IMG/VR virus record: IMGVR_UViG_3300012147_000007 | Location: 62,001-117,229 of that record | DNA from: an uncultured virus (IMG/VR IMGVR_UViG_3300012147_000007) | Lineage: Duplodnaviria; Heunggongvirae; Uroviricota; Caudoviricetes | Reading direction: 5' to 3' (one strand) | Length of the DNA: 55,229 nt | In this document: piece after piece, positions 9,093-17,819 of the stretch | How the letters are laid out: each line of letters opens with the position of its first letter | How positions within the stretch are numbered: position 1 is the stretch's first letter | Position numbers and translations under genes: made by a program | The notes under the pieces: generated by a model | The model's input: only the letters and a program-made list of their open reading frames with translations | Told to the model about the DNA's origin: nothing | Databases searched by the model: none

Positions 9093-10100
9093 TTAAAAAT
9101 CATCTTCGTCACCATCGAATGATAATGAGTTATCTTCAGCTGAATTACCAACACCAGATTTTGCGTAGTCACCAACTCTTTTTTCAAAAAAGTTAGTCTT
9201 ATTTTCTAATGCAATATTAGACATAAAGTCAAATGGATTCTTAGTTCCATAAACTACAGGACACTTTAAATCTAACAACAATCTATCAGTAACATACTCA
9301 AGGTACTCAGACATAAGAGCTGAATTCATACCAATCAAACTAACTGGTAATGACTCTAAAATAAATTCTTTTTCAATATCAAGAGCAGATTCTATAATCT
9401 CTCTAATTCTTTCTTTAGGCACCTTATCAACAACGTGGTGATTGTGAAGGTGGACTGCAAAATCACAATGAAGAGCTTCGTCTCTTGAAATCAATTCATT
9501 AGAAAAACTAAGTCCAGGCATTAAATTTCTTTTCTTCAACCAAAATATAGAACAGAATGAACCTGAGAAAAATATTCCCTCAACCGCAGCAAATGCAATA
9601 AGTCTTTCAGCAAAACTATCTGAATCAATCCACTTCAAAGCCCACTCAGCTTTTTTCTTAACTGCATCAATAGTATCAATCGCATTAAACAACCTCTTTT
9701 GTTCAGCGCTATCTTTAACATAAGTATCTATCAATAAAGAGTAAGTTTCAGAGTGAACGTTCTCCATCATAATTTGAAATCCGTAGAAGAACTTTGCTTC
9801 TGTATACTGAACTTCGTTTACAAAATTCTCAGCAAGATTTTCATTTACTATACCATCTGATGCTGCAAAAAATGCTAACACATTTTTAATGAAATACTTT
9901 TCATTTTCACTAAGCGTTTCCCAATCTTTTATATCCTGCTCAAGGTCTATCTCTTCTGCTGTCCAAATGCTTGCTTGAGACTTTTTGTAAAACTCCCAAA
10001 TGTCATCATGCTCAATAGGAAACAGAACAAATCTACCATCATTCTCTCTTAATATTGGCTCCATAAATTCACTTCCTTTTTCTTCTTTTTTTTCTTTCAT
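9093..10100 (-). CDS. nrdB: Class Ia ribonucleotide reductase beta subunit
   Basis: [56 protein letters not shown]. Confidence 0.98.
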   Translation of the reverse strand: MKEKKEEKGSEFMEPILRENDGRFVLFPIEHDDIWEFYKKSQASIWTAEEIDLEQDIKDWETLSENEKYFIKNVLAFFAASDGIVNENLAENFVNEVQYTEAKFFYGFQIMMENVHSETYSLLIDTYVKDSAEQKRLFNAIDTIDAVKKKAEWALKWIDSDSFAERLIAFAAVEGIFFSGSFCSIFWLKKRNLMPGLSFSNELISRDEALHCDFAVHLHNHHVVDKVPKERIREIIESALDIEKEFILESLPVSLIGMNSALMSEYLEYVTDRLLLDLKCPVVYGTKNPFDFMSNIALENKTNFFEKRVGDYAKSGVGNSAEDNSLSFDGDEDDF

Positions 10101-10188
10101 TTTTTGTTTTTTTTTAATTTTTTAGGTGACAATTCCCTGCAGCATAACAATGGGTTACACTGAATAAATAAATGGTTTCAGCAAAAAA

Positions 10189-10317
10189 CTAATTACTTTT
10201 ACTAAAATCTTCCTTTTTGTTTAAGAAAATTGATTTGTAAATTAAAAGATGTAGTGATTGACTTTTTGAAATTGGCTCTTGAACGGGTCTGGCTCTTTTT
10301 TCTAAAATCTTTTTCAT
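10189..10317 (-). CDS. Putative 42-aa basic peptide
   Basis: MKKILEKRARPVQEPISKSQ..., downstream of tandem TATTTAT motifs; not in the ORF track. Confidence 0.35.
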   Translation of the reverse strand: MKKILEKRARPVQEPISKSQSLHLLIYKSIFLNKKEDFSKSN

Positions 10318-10408
10318 AAACTACAATCTTTATAATAAATAAATAACAAAATTCTTTATCCAAGAAAGATGTCAAATTAGTTTTTAACACCTCCTATACT
10401 TAAGAGGT

Positions 10409-11803
10409 TTAGCCAGAATTTGACGCTCCGTTATCTAAAAATAACGCAATCTCATCGAGAGATTGTTCGTTTTCTGCTGGCCTACTTGCAACAACCCCTT
10501 CTTCGTTTTCGTTTGCCATTTCAATCAAAACTCTGCTCGTATCAAACAACAGTAGTTTATAAAGCCCATCTTGACCGTTTCTGTTCTTAATTATCCCAAG
10601 CATAGCTCTACTTATCTCTTTCATTTCATCTGGCCTACCAAGCCCAAAAGCAAGGTCAACCGTTGCAATAATACCCAACGACTCCCCAATGTGTCCAGTA
10701 TTAATTTTCTCCTCCTGAATCGCAGAACGATTTGTTTGGTGAGCTGTCCAAACTGGTATTCTGTAATTATTAGCAATATTCCTTAACCCCTCTGCAACAT
10801 CTGTTAAAGCATGTCTCATTTCAGCATAAGAACCAAGAGGTTTCATAAGACCAAGGTAATCTACAAATATAATATCTGGAACGAAACCTTCAAGTTCAAG
10901 AGTTTTAAGATGCGCCTTAATTGTATTAACTGTAACACCGCCTTCAAGAAACTCTTTAATCTTTAATCCACCACCAAGCTTTGCAACATCTTCAAGCTTT
11001 TCTGTAATGTATTCTGGATACTCCCAAACATGCTTTAACTTAATGTCATTAATACACGCATCAAACCTCTGCCCTACCACGTCTTCTGATAACTCCATAG
11101 AATAGTAGACAACATTCTTACCTTCAAGAAGAGCTGTTGCAGCCCCTTTTACAAGCATCATCGACTTACCCCCTCCTGGAGGCGCAATCACAACTCCAAG
11201 CTCTCCTGGGGACAATCCGCCCCCAATATATTCATCAAGGTCTCTCATGAATGGAATCGGCATTCTAAAGTCTTTACTAAGCCTTTTGTTTACATCCTTA
11301 AAATAATCGTGACCAGAGTCTTTTGGCTGACCAGCCTTTAATGCTTCTTCAAAATCTTTTAAGATGCTATCCCACTTATTTTTCTTCCAATTTTCTGCTG
11401 CCCTAAGAATTACTTCTCTAACATTTCTTTTTACAAAAAACTCCCTCGATGACTCTTGAACTTCTACTTTGTCTTCAACTTTTAAGGCTTCTATTTTATC
11501 AATAAGACCAAGAATATGCTCTCTTGGAATACCTCTTTCTTTGAAGGATACTCTATCTCTCAGAGTTCCAAATCTGATAATAGTTCCTCTATCGTTGTAG
11601 TATTGTATACAGTAATCAACAAGAATTTTTTGGTAGCCGTCAAAATAACTACTTTCGAGAATGTCAACAATAGTCTCAGAAAAACCAGTCCTATCTTCAC
11701 AAAAAACGTGAATAAATTTGTTCTGATAATTTGAGTTTAGGGCGCTATCCCCTTCGTCCTCTTGTGCAAAGGAATTGAATACATTGCTGTTCATATTACT
11801 CAT
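10409..11803 (-). CDS. dnaB: Replicative DNA helicase (DnaB / T4 gp41-like)
   Basis: APPGGGKS, YYSMELSE, IFVDYLGLM, WTAHQTNRS, IGESLG, IIKNRNG. Confidence 0.93.
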   Translation of the reverse strand: MSNMNSNVFNSFAQEDEGDSALNSNYQNKFIHVFCEDRTGFSETIVDILESSYFDGYQKILVDYCIQYYNDRGTIIRFGTLRDRVSFKERGIPREHILGLIDKIEALKVEDKVEVQESSREFFVKRNVREVILRAAENWKKNKWDSILKDFEEALKAGQPKDSGHDYFKDVNKRLSKDFRMPIPFMRDLDEYIGGGLSPGELGVVIAPPGGGKSMMLVKGAATALLEGKNVVYYSMELSEDVVGQRFDACINDIKLKHVWEYPEYITEKLEDVAKLGGGLKIKEFLEGGVTVNTIKAHLKTLELEGFVPDIIFVDYLGLMKPLGSYAEMRHALTDVAEGLRNIANNYRIPVWTAHQTNRSAIQEEKINTGHIGESLGIIATVDLAFGLGRPDEMKEISRAMLGIIKNRNGQDGLYKLLLFDTSRVLIEMANENEEGVVASRPAENEQSLDEIALFLDNGASNSG

Positions 11804-11825
11804 AAGTTGTCTTTCTCTCTCCGTG

Positions 11826-11833
11826 CAAATATA
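11826..11833 (-). promoter_or_regulatory. Bacteroidota-type -7 promoter box TATATTTG
   Basis: Exact TAnnTTTG upstream of the helicase, with a TTTG about 22 nt further upstream. Confidence 0.7.
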
Positions 11834-11870
11834 GCACTTATTTTTCTAAAGTAAGCAAAGAAGTTTTAAA

Positions 11871-12902
11871 TTATTTCAAACTTTCTTCGTACTCTTTCTC
11901 TTTGGCCATCAGATTATAGAATGGTCCAAAGAAATTATCTGTTCCAAAAAATTGATTGAATCCGTCTTTTGCAAACATCTTCATAGCATTTTCAATAGAA
12001 CCTTCATCATTGAATGTACTGACTCTGATTTTATCTACTTCATCAATAGCTTCTTGGTTTAAGAAAGGTTTTTTAAGGTTCATTAACTCTGCGTTTCTAT
12101 ACAAAGTATCTTGAGCTTGAATTATTTTCTCATAAGTTTTTAACTTCTTCTTTTTCTGCTTCTCATAACATTCTTCTACCAATCTACCATAAGTATACTT
12201 TTCAGTAATCATATCTGGAAAATGCTTAAGAAGAGTTGGCACACCGACTCCGTGAACTCCAGAAATACCATCTGAACTATCTCCTGAAAAACATTTTAAA
12301 AGCAAAGCATTGTCAACAACGTAGCCATACTTTTCTTTAAAGTTGGTCTTTGTGATTATATCCATACTGTCTGGATTAACCATTGACACATTATCTGATA
12401 TAAGTTGAAAGAAATCTTGGTCTCTACTGTAGATGTAGATATGTTCGTCAGGATTTTTGCAACCAAGTATATAATAAGCGATAAGGTCATCGGCCTCAAT
12501 ATAATCTAACTCCGCCTGCCTTACAAATAGTTCTTCCAGATAAACTTGAACGTCTATCTTTTGAGATAATAATTGAAAGTCTTCAGCATCTTTTTCATTG
12601 GTTATACCATGACCCTCAGTTGCAATGACTCTCGTCTCGTTCTCCCAATTCTTTTTTCTATTAGCCTTGTATGGCTTGTAGATGTTGTACCTTAGTTTTC
12701 CTGCGTGAAATCCGTCCCAAAAAACTATAACCCTGTCTGGCATCAATCTGTTTATAACAGATTTGGTACTATCTAAAAAACCAAAGGTGCCACCACAAAG
12801 CTTGCGATTGGCACCCATTAGGTCTTTTCTTTTATAAAAGTTCCTTTTAAGATTCCATTGCCCATCTATCAAAAGAGTTCTAAAATTTTTATTATTATCC
12901 AT
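11871..12902 (-). CDS. 5'-3' exonuclease / flap endonuclease (Pol I N-terminal or T4 RNase H type)
   Basis: LLIDG, VFWDG, YKPYKANR, EADDLIA, SRDQDFFQLI, GDSSDGISGVHGVG. Confidence 0.93.
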   Translation of the reverse strand: MDNNKNFRTLLIDGQWNLKRNFYKRKDLMGANRKLCGGTFGFLDSTKSVINRLMPDRVIVFWDGFHAGKLRYNIYKPYKANRKKNWENETRVIATEGHGITNEKDAEDFQLLSQKIDVQVYLEELFVRQAELDYIEADDLIAYYILGCKNPDEHIYIYSRDQDFFQLISDNVSMVNPDSMDIITKTNFKEKYGYVVDNALLLKCFSGDSSDGISGVHGVGVPTLLKHFPDMITEKYTYGRLVEECYEKQKKKKLKTYEKIIQAQDTLYRNAELMNLKKPFLNQEAIDEVDKIRVSTFNDEGSIENAMKMFAKDGFNQFFGTDNFFGPFYNLMAKEKEYEESLK

Positions 12903-12910
12903 TTTTTTAA

Positions 12911-13804
12911 TTATTTAAAAAATTTATTTATCCAACCATTACTTAAAGAGGCTTTATAAGCACTTTCGCTATTTTTTTGAAACTCTCCTTTTGTTTCAAA
13001 TTTTTCAGCTTCAACAAAACATCTTTCTATGGTCCAATATCCATTTGGTTTTTTTGTCTTCATGTGAGGACAAAGCTCATCAAGCCAATTATTTTTAAAC
13101 ATTGACATATATGCTCCTGGGCTTTTTTTGTACAACTCTTTCTTTGCTTTATACTTCAAGGCCTCTTTTTTGCACTTATCTTTCGTCCAATAACCTTTGT
13201 GTTTTTTGATGATTTTATTCATATGAACACAAACATCATCGAGCCATCCATTTTTTCTTGCAGAATTATATGCGCTACCGCTCTCTTTTGCGAATATAGT
13301 TCTTTTTTTATAATTTATAGACTCTTCTATACACTTTTCTTTTGTCCACTTCAAATTTCCTCCACCAATAGCTCCAGCATCTGCTAAATTTAAAACATTA
13401 TATCCATTTTTTTTATAAAACTCGATTTTATCTCCCTCCAAAATTTTAGCATCTTCAACGTCTATATAATCTGAATAAGATAATATTGGATTCATTCCAG
13501 TTTTTTTTATGTACTTAAAAACCCTACTTCTACCATCTCTCCTGTGTTTGTTGTCTCTTTCTTCAATATTATAAGTTAACCCTACATATACAGATTTATC
13601 GCCAAATTCATATACATAAACAAGTCTTCTGTATTTATTGCCAACAACTGACATGTGAGAACAAATTTCATTCAACCAACCATTTTTATTAGAAGCGTTA
13701 TAAGCTCCTCCTGAGTTTGTTTTAAATTTAGACCTTAATTTATACTTCAACGCCTCTTTTTCACATTTTTCTTTTGTCCAATAATTTCTGTTTTTTCTAT
13801 TCAT
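12911..13804 (-). mobile_element. Free-standing GIY-YIG homing endonuclease with WTxExC..EA.KY repeats
   Basis: LVYVYEF..KSVYVGLT....R...H; four WT(K/I)(E/D)(K/R)C...GAY/SAY...NGW repeats. Confidence 0.85.
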
Positions 13805-13805
13805 T

Positions 13806-13865
13806 TTATCTTTTTATTATAAATACCAATAAAAAATTTACAAAATATATAATAAACGTTTTCAT
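13806..13865 (-). pseudogene. Orphan stub MKTFIIYF..., possible former start of the 5'-3' exonuclease
   Basis: KTFIIY aligns with RTLLID of the downstream nuclease; stops 1 nt before the GIY-YIG ATG. Confidence 0.4.
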
Positions 13866-13876
13866 ATATTTAAGCA

Positions 13877-13908
13877 AAAAAAAGCCAAGTGTTAATACTT
13901 GGCTTTTT
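13877..13908. terminator. Intrinsic terminator after recA/uvsX
   Basis: AAAAAGCCAAGT-gttaat-ACTTGGCTTTTT. Confidence 0.8.
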
Positions 13909-13912
13909 CTTT

Positions 13913-15031
13913 TTACATTTCTTCTGTTTCTTCAGATATATCTTCAACTTCCATTCCCCACTCATGTGCGTGAGCAGCTTTATAAGCATCTTTATCTGCC
14001 TTTTCGTTTAAAATGAACCCATCGTCAGTACAAACAATTTTACCTTTTGTAGGCGTGGCGTTTGTAATATGGTTTTTCATAACAATCAAATCTGTTAAAA
14101 GACCAAATCCATATTCAACCTTCTTGCTGACAGCTTTAATCTTACTTGACCTTCCAAGTATTCCTCCAGTTCTAAACACAAGAGTAGATACATAATAAAC
14201 ACCATCTCCACCATAAGGAACCAAAGACGACTGTCCACCTGGAAATGTTGGAGGCGCAGTGTAAGCGTGATTAATTACAATCAAAGTAGACGTATAAGGA
14301 AAACTTGCATTCCTTGTAGCATTTATTCTTGGCCCAAGGTATCTTGTTATTTCCTCACGAAGAACTCTGGCAGTAACCATCATACCTCCACCACCTGAAC
14401 CATCTTCCATTTTTCCAAGTTCTTTTTCAGAAGGCGTACCTCCGATAGAATCCCAAAGAAATAAAACATCATATGGTAGGTCTCCTTTTTCCTGCGCATC
14501 AAGAATTTCTTTCACATACTTACAACCTTCCTCAATAGTTGCAACGCCATTATGCACAATAGCTTCGTCAAAATTAACACCCATCTTTTCGCCTCTTTCA
14601 AAGCTAAATTTATTTTCAGTGATAATAAATACTGGAACTATACCTTGTTTCTGAGCGAATGCAGCAGCTTCCAGAGCCATTGTACTCTTACCTGTATCTG
14701 ATTTCCCATAGTTCATTATTACGTGACCAGTTGGAATTCCAGGCAATTTTGTAACCTCTTTAAAAGCAGAGCTCATCCCAATCCACTCTTGAGGTTTATA
14801 CTCAACAGATTTATGATTAACTTTCTTTTTGTAGTCACTTAATTTTGGAAACTTTTTCTTTAGTTTAGGAGCTTCTTCTTTGGTTTTTTTAACCTCTTCA
14901 AATACTTCTCCAGTAGAGATGCAGATTAAATCATCTCCTTCTTTTGTGTACTCTTCCTTAGAAGAGGAGTGGATGATTTTACCATCCACGTCCTCGAACC
15001 CCTCAGGAAGAGAGTTCTTCTTTTTTGCCAT
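13913..15031 (-). CDS. recA: RecA/UvsX-like recombinase
   Basis: GIPTGH...YGKSDTGKST, FIITENKF, FLWDSIG, LIVINH, PYGG, KNHI. Confidence 0.88.
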   Translation of the reverse strand: MAKKKNSLPEGFEDVDGKIIHSSSKEEYTKEGDDLICISTGEVFEEVKKTKEEAPKLKKKFPKLSDYKKKVNHKSVEYKPQEWIGMSSAFKEVTKLPGIPTGHVIMNYGKSDTGKSTMALEAAAFAQKQGIVPVFIITENKFSFERGEKMGVNFDEAIVHNGVATIEEGCKYVKEILDAQEKGDLPYDVLFLWDSIGGTPSEKELGKMEDGSGGGGMMVTARVLREEITRYLGPRINATRNASFPYTSTLIVINHAYTAPPTFPGGQSSLVPYGGDGVYYVSTLVFRTGGILGRSSKIKAVSKKVEYGFGLLTDLIVMKNHITNATPTKGKIVCTDDGFILNEKADKDAYKAAHAHEWGMEVEDISEETEEM

Positions 15032-15051
15032 GCTTATAAAATGTTAACTGA

Positions 15052-15468
15052 TTATTGACCTTGCTGACCGTTGTTCGGTTGTTGGGTATAGTTTTGTGCT
15101 TGTTGTTGAGCAACTTGTTGAGGAGCTTGTTCTGAAGCAGGAGCTGCATTCCATTCAATTTCCTTACCAGAGTTATCAGCCTTATTTCTTGTTCTAAGGT
15201 AAAATACGTCTGGATTTTCTTGTTGTTGCCCAAAGTTAACAGAAGCTTTACATCCATTACACTTAACTGTAGTGTATTTGAATTTCCCCTGAGCTACGTG
15301 CGCATCTAACACAAGGTCATCGCTACCGCAACATCCACATTTGTGAACATCATAGAATGACAACTTTTTTGATTCCATTACCGCTTCATGAAGATTGCCA
15401 CCTTCAACAGTAAATTCATAGGTTCTCTTACCTACTTTTTTTTCTATTTTCATTTTGAAATTTCCCAT
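15052..15468 (-). CDS. Zn-binding hypothetical protein with Q-rich tail
   Basis: CGCCG and CNGC motifs; C-terminal QQAQNYTQQPNNGQQGQ. Confidence 0.75.
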   Translation of the reverse strand: MGNFKMKIEKKVGKRTYEFTVEGGNLHEAVMESKKLSFYDVHKCGCCGSDDLVLDAHVAQGKFKYTTVKCNGCKASVNFGQQQENPDVFYLRTRNKADNSGKEIEWNAAPASEQAPQQVAQQQAQNYTQQPNNGQQGQ

Positions 15469-15579
15469 AATTTCCCATAATTTCTATTATTTTCTTTAAA
15501 TTATTATAATATAATATAGAAAATTAGATTACTAAAATCAAGTAAAAAATGAAAAAAAAGTAAAGTTTTTTATAAGTAA

Positions 15580-17217
15580 TTAGAAATAAACCCCTTCTGA
15601 TGATAAATCTTTATAATTTACACCAGATTTGTAGTCAATTGAGAACATCATGCCTCTATGAAATGAAAGAATTTTAGCTATTTCTTCGACAAGAAATTTT
15701 TCATCTGGATGCATGTCAAAAACAAGAGAATCATGAACTTGAAACAGAAAGCTGCTTGAATAGCCTTTTAGTAATTCTTTTATCTCACAAACTTTATCAA
15801 TTACTATTTCAGAAGCTGTAGATTGAATGTAATTGTTAAATCCAGCATAAGATTTTTCTGGATTTATTATTGAACCCCATTTGTTGATTATATACCCGTC
15901 AGCTTCCGCTTGAAGCATTAACTCCTTAGATTTGGAGAATAATGGGCTCAAGAATTCTTTGACCCTTAGCATCTTCTCAATTGGATATTCTTCTCCTTTA
16001 AGCTTTTTTAATACAGTAGCCTCGCTTGCTCCATAAAGTATAGAGTGATTTACGAGTTTTGCAACATCTCTTTGCTCTGGCGTAAACTCCATTGATTCAA
16101 AAATAATCCTGGCAGTCTCAGAGTGCAAATCTTTATCATAAAACCTTTGAATAAACTCCTCGTCTTCACTAAGGTACAACGCAATTCTCACCTCAAAAGA
16201 AGTGTAGTCAAATTGATATATCCTACCATTTCTAAATTTAGAAATTATCTTTGTTCTTTCTTCGTTGCTTTTTGAAAGGTTTTGAGGATTATACCTGTCC
16301 TTGCTTGTTATCCTTCCTGTAATTGTTCTTTTGTTTGAATAGTTTATTTTGGCAAGCTTTGCGTTTTCACGATAAATGAAATCAAGATTTTTATCAAAAT
16401 CATACACAAAAGGTATGTATCTTGTAGACATCCATCTTGTTATTTTGTCTCTAACGCACATTCTTTTAAAAAAGACTTCTTCATCATCATCAAGACTTAA
16501 ATCATCAAGAGGTATTTTGCTCATTAGAAACGGGACATATTTACTGATGTTTACATTTGTAATTATTTGAAAATATTTCAAAGGAGTCTCTACTCCAAAT
16601 TTAATCCACCTGATAATATCAAGAGTTCTGATGTCTCCAAGAGAATCAAGGTCAACATAATCCTCTATTCCATCATGAGAATAAATTAAACAATTCATGC
16701 TATTAAAAACCTTTGATAGCTCTAATCTATAATTACCTTCTGTAAGAAACATATTTTTTACATTTACAATGTAATTTTTGTTTCCATTCCGCATGTATAA
16801 AGCTCCTTCATTGAAGTGTATGTAAGTTATAATTTTCTCATCTATAACATCATCAACAAACTTACTAAAGCTACCATGAACAAGTGAATCAAACAAATCA
16901 TAATCCGATGGAAGCCATGCGTATAAGTTTTTGTTTACAAATTCTTCAATATTTCTATGAAAGTTTTGACCTTGTATTTCTGAAGCTTCAACAGAATTAT
17001 AGGTCCAATATAGATTTTCAGAAACTTCACTGTCACTTATTTTCTGATTAGGAAAATTACTCTTCATAAAATTCCACCCCACCATTAGTGTAGCAACTTC
17101 ATAATATCCATCATCTGGTATTTTTGTGGTAATTTCAACAGGATAACCGCCTAAGAACTGTTTTAAGTCATTAGCTGATTCTATCGTGTCTACTATAATT
17201 TTGCAAATCCTAAACAT
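15580..17217 (-). CDS. polA: Family A DNA polymerase, truncated (no 5' nuclease, no recognisable 3'-5' exonuclease motifs)
   Basis: TITGRITS..NPQNL, motif A FDYTSFEVR, DLHSETA, motif B RDVAKLVNHSILYG, NNYIQSTASEI, motif C QVHDSLVFD. Confidence 0.9.
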   Translation of the reverse strand: MFRICKIIVDTIESANDLKQFLGGYPVEITTKIPDDGYYEVATLMVGWNFMKSNFPNQKISDSEVSENLYWTYNSVEASEIQGQNFHRNIEEFVNKNLYAWLPSDYDLFDSLVHGSFSKFVDDVIDEKIITYIHFNEGALYMRNGNKNYIVNVKNMFLTEGNYRLELSKVFNSMNCLIYSHDGIEDYVDLDSLGDIRTLDIIRWIKFGVETPLKYFQIITNVNISKYVPFLMSKIPLDDLSLDDDEEVFFKRMCVRDKITRWMSTRYIPFVYDFDKNLDFIYRENAKLAKINYSNKRTITGRITSKDRYNPQNLSKSNEERTKIISKFRNGRIYQFDYTSFEVRIALYLSEDEEFIQRFYDKDLHSETARIIFESMEFTPEQRDVAKLVNHSILYGASEATVLKKLKGEEYPIEKMLRVKEFLSPLFSKSKELMLQAEADGYIINKWGSIINPEKSYAGFNNYIQSTASEIVIDKVCEIKELLKGYSSSFLFQVHDSLVFDMHPDEKFLVEEIAKILSFHRGMMFSIDYKSGVNYKDLSSEGVYF

Positions 17218-17222
17218 ATTTG

Positions 17223-17230
17223 CAAATATA
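17223..17230 (-). promoter_or_regulatory. Bacteroidota-type -7 promoter box TATATTTG
   Basis: Exact TAnnTTTG only 5 nt upstream of the polA ATG. Confidence 0.6.
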
Positions 17231-17237
17231 GTAAAAA

Positions 17238-17807
17238 TTATCTCTTTTTTATAACTACTATGTAATTATTTGGATTTTTAGGATATGAACCATCTGTATT
17301 AAGATTTATACGAATATCAACTTTATTTGTATTTTCTAAGTTTCCACCAGCAAGCTTTGCTACATTTCCAATTACTTCATAAACCACATCGCTGTGAGTG
17401 TCTGTATATGAACCGCTTCTTGGTTTTCCAAGAATATCTCCAATCTGAGATAATATAGGCTCCCTCTCTCTTGAGAGTGAATAAGCTTTATATGATAATG
17501 AGCCGTTTTTATTCCTATTTTCTTTTGCTTTTAAAAAATACTCTCTGTGCGCAGAGGATTTTGGGAAAGTAGAATCAACTCTCGTCATAACATAAGATAT
17601 GTAAGCAGCTGACCATGGCCACTTATTTTGAGTGGCAGTATCACTCATCTGCTCTTCTGACATGTTAAGACCCAAATTATCCCAATAATTTTTCAACATT
17701 GGGTACGCCTCTGGAACTTTTTCGTTTAAATTGCCGTTTTTCCATTTTAACGCTTCTTGTTTTATAATTGTAGTTAATTTAGAAAAGTTTACTTCACTTT
17801 TAATCAT
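17238..17807 (-). CDS. DUF2272-like putative peptidoglycan hydrolase (CHAP/NlpC-like fold)
   Basis: YW...PWSAAYISYVM, SSAHREY, GDIL, THSDVV, GGNL. Confidence 0.7.
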   Translation of the reverse strand: MIKSEVNFSKLTTIIKQEALKWKNGNLNEKVPEAYPMLKNYWDNLGLNMSEEQMSDTATQNKWPWSAAYISYVMTRVDSTFPKSSAHREYFLKAKENRNKNGSLSYKAYSLSREREPILSQIGDILGKPRSGSYTDTHSDVVYEVIGNVAKLAGGNLENTNKVDIRINLNTDGSYPKNPNNYIVVIKKR

Positions 17808-17819
17808 AATAAAATTTTT

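Noticed and set aside
6513..11803. Inteins or introns in nrdA, nrdB or the helicase; terminase and recA also checked
   Set aside because: Motif spacing is normal and no Cys...His-Asn intein blocks are present
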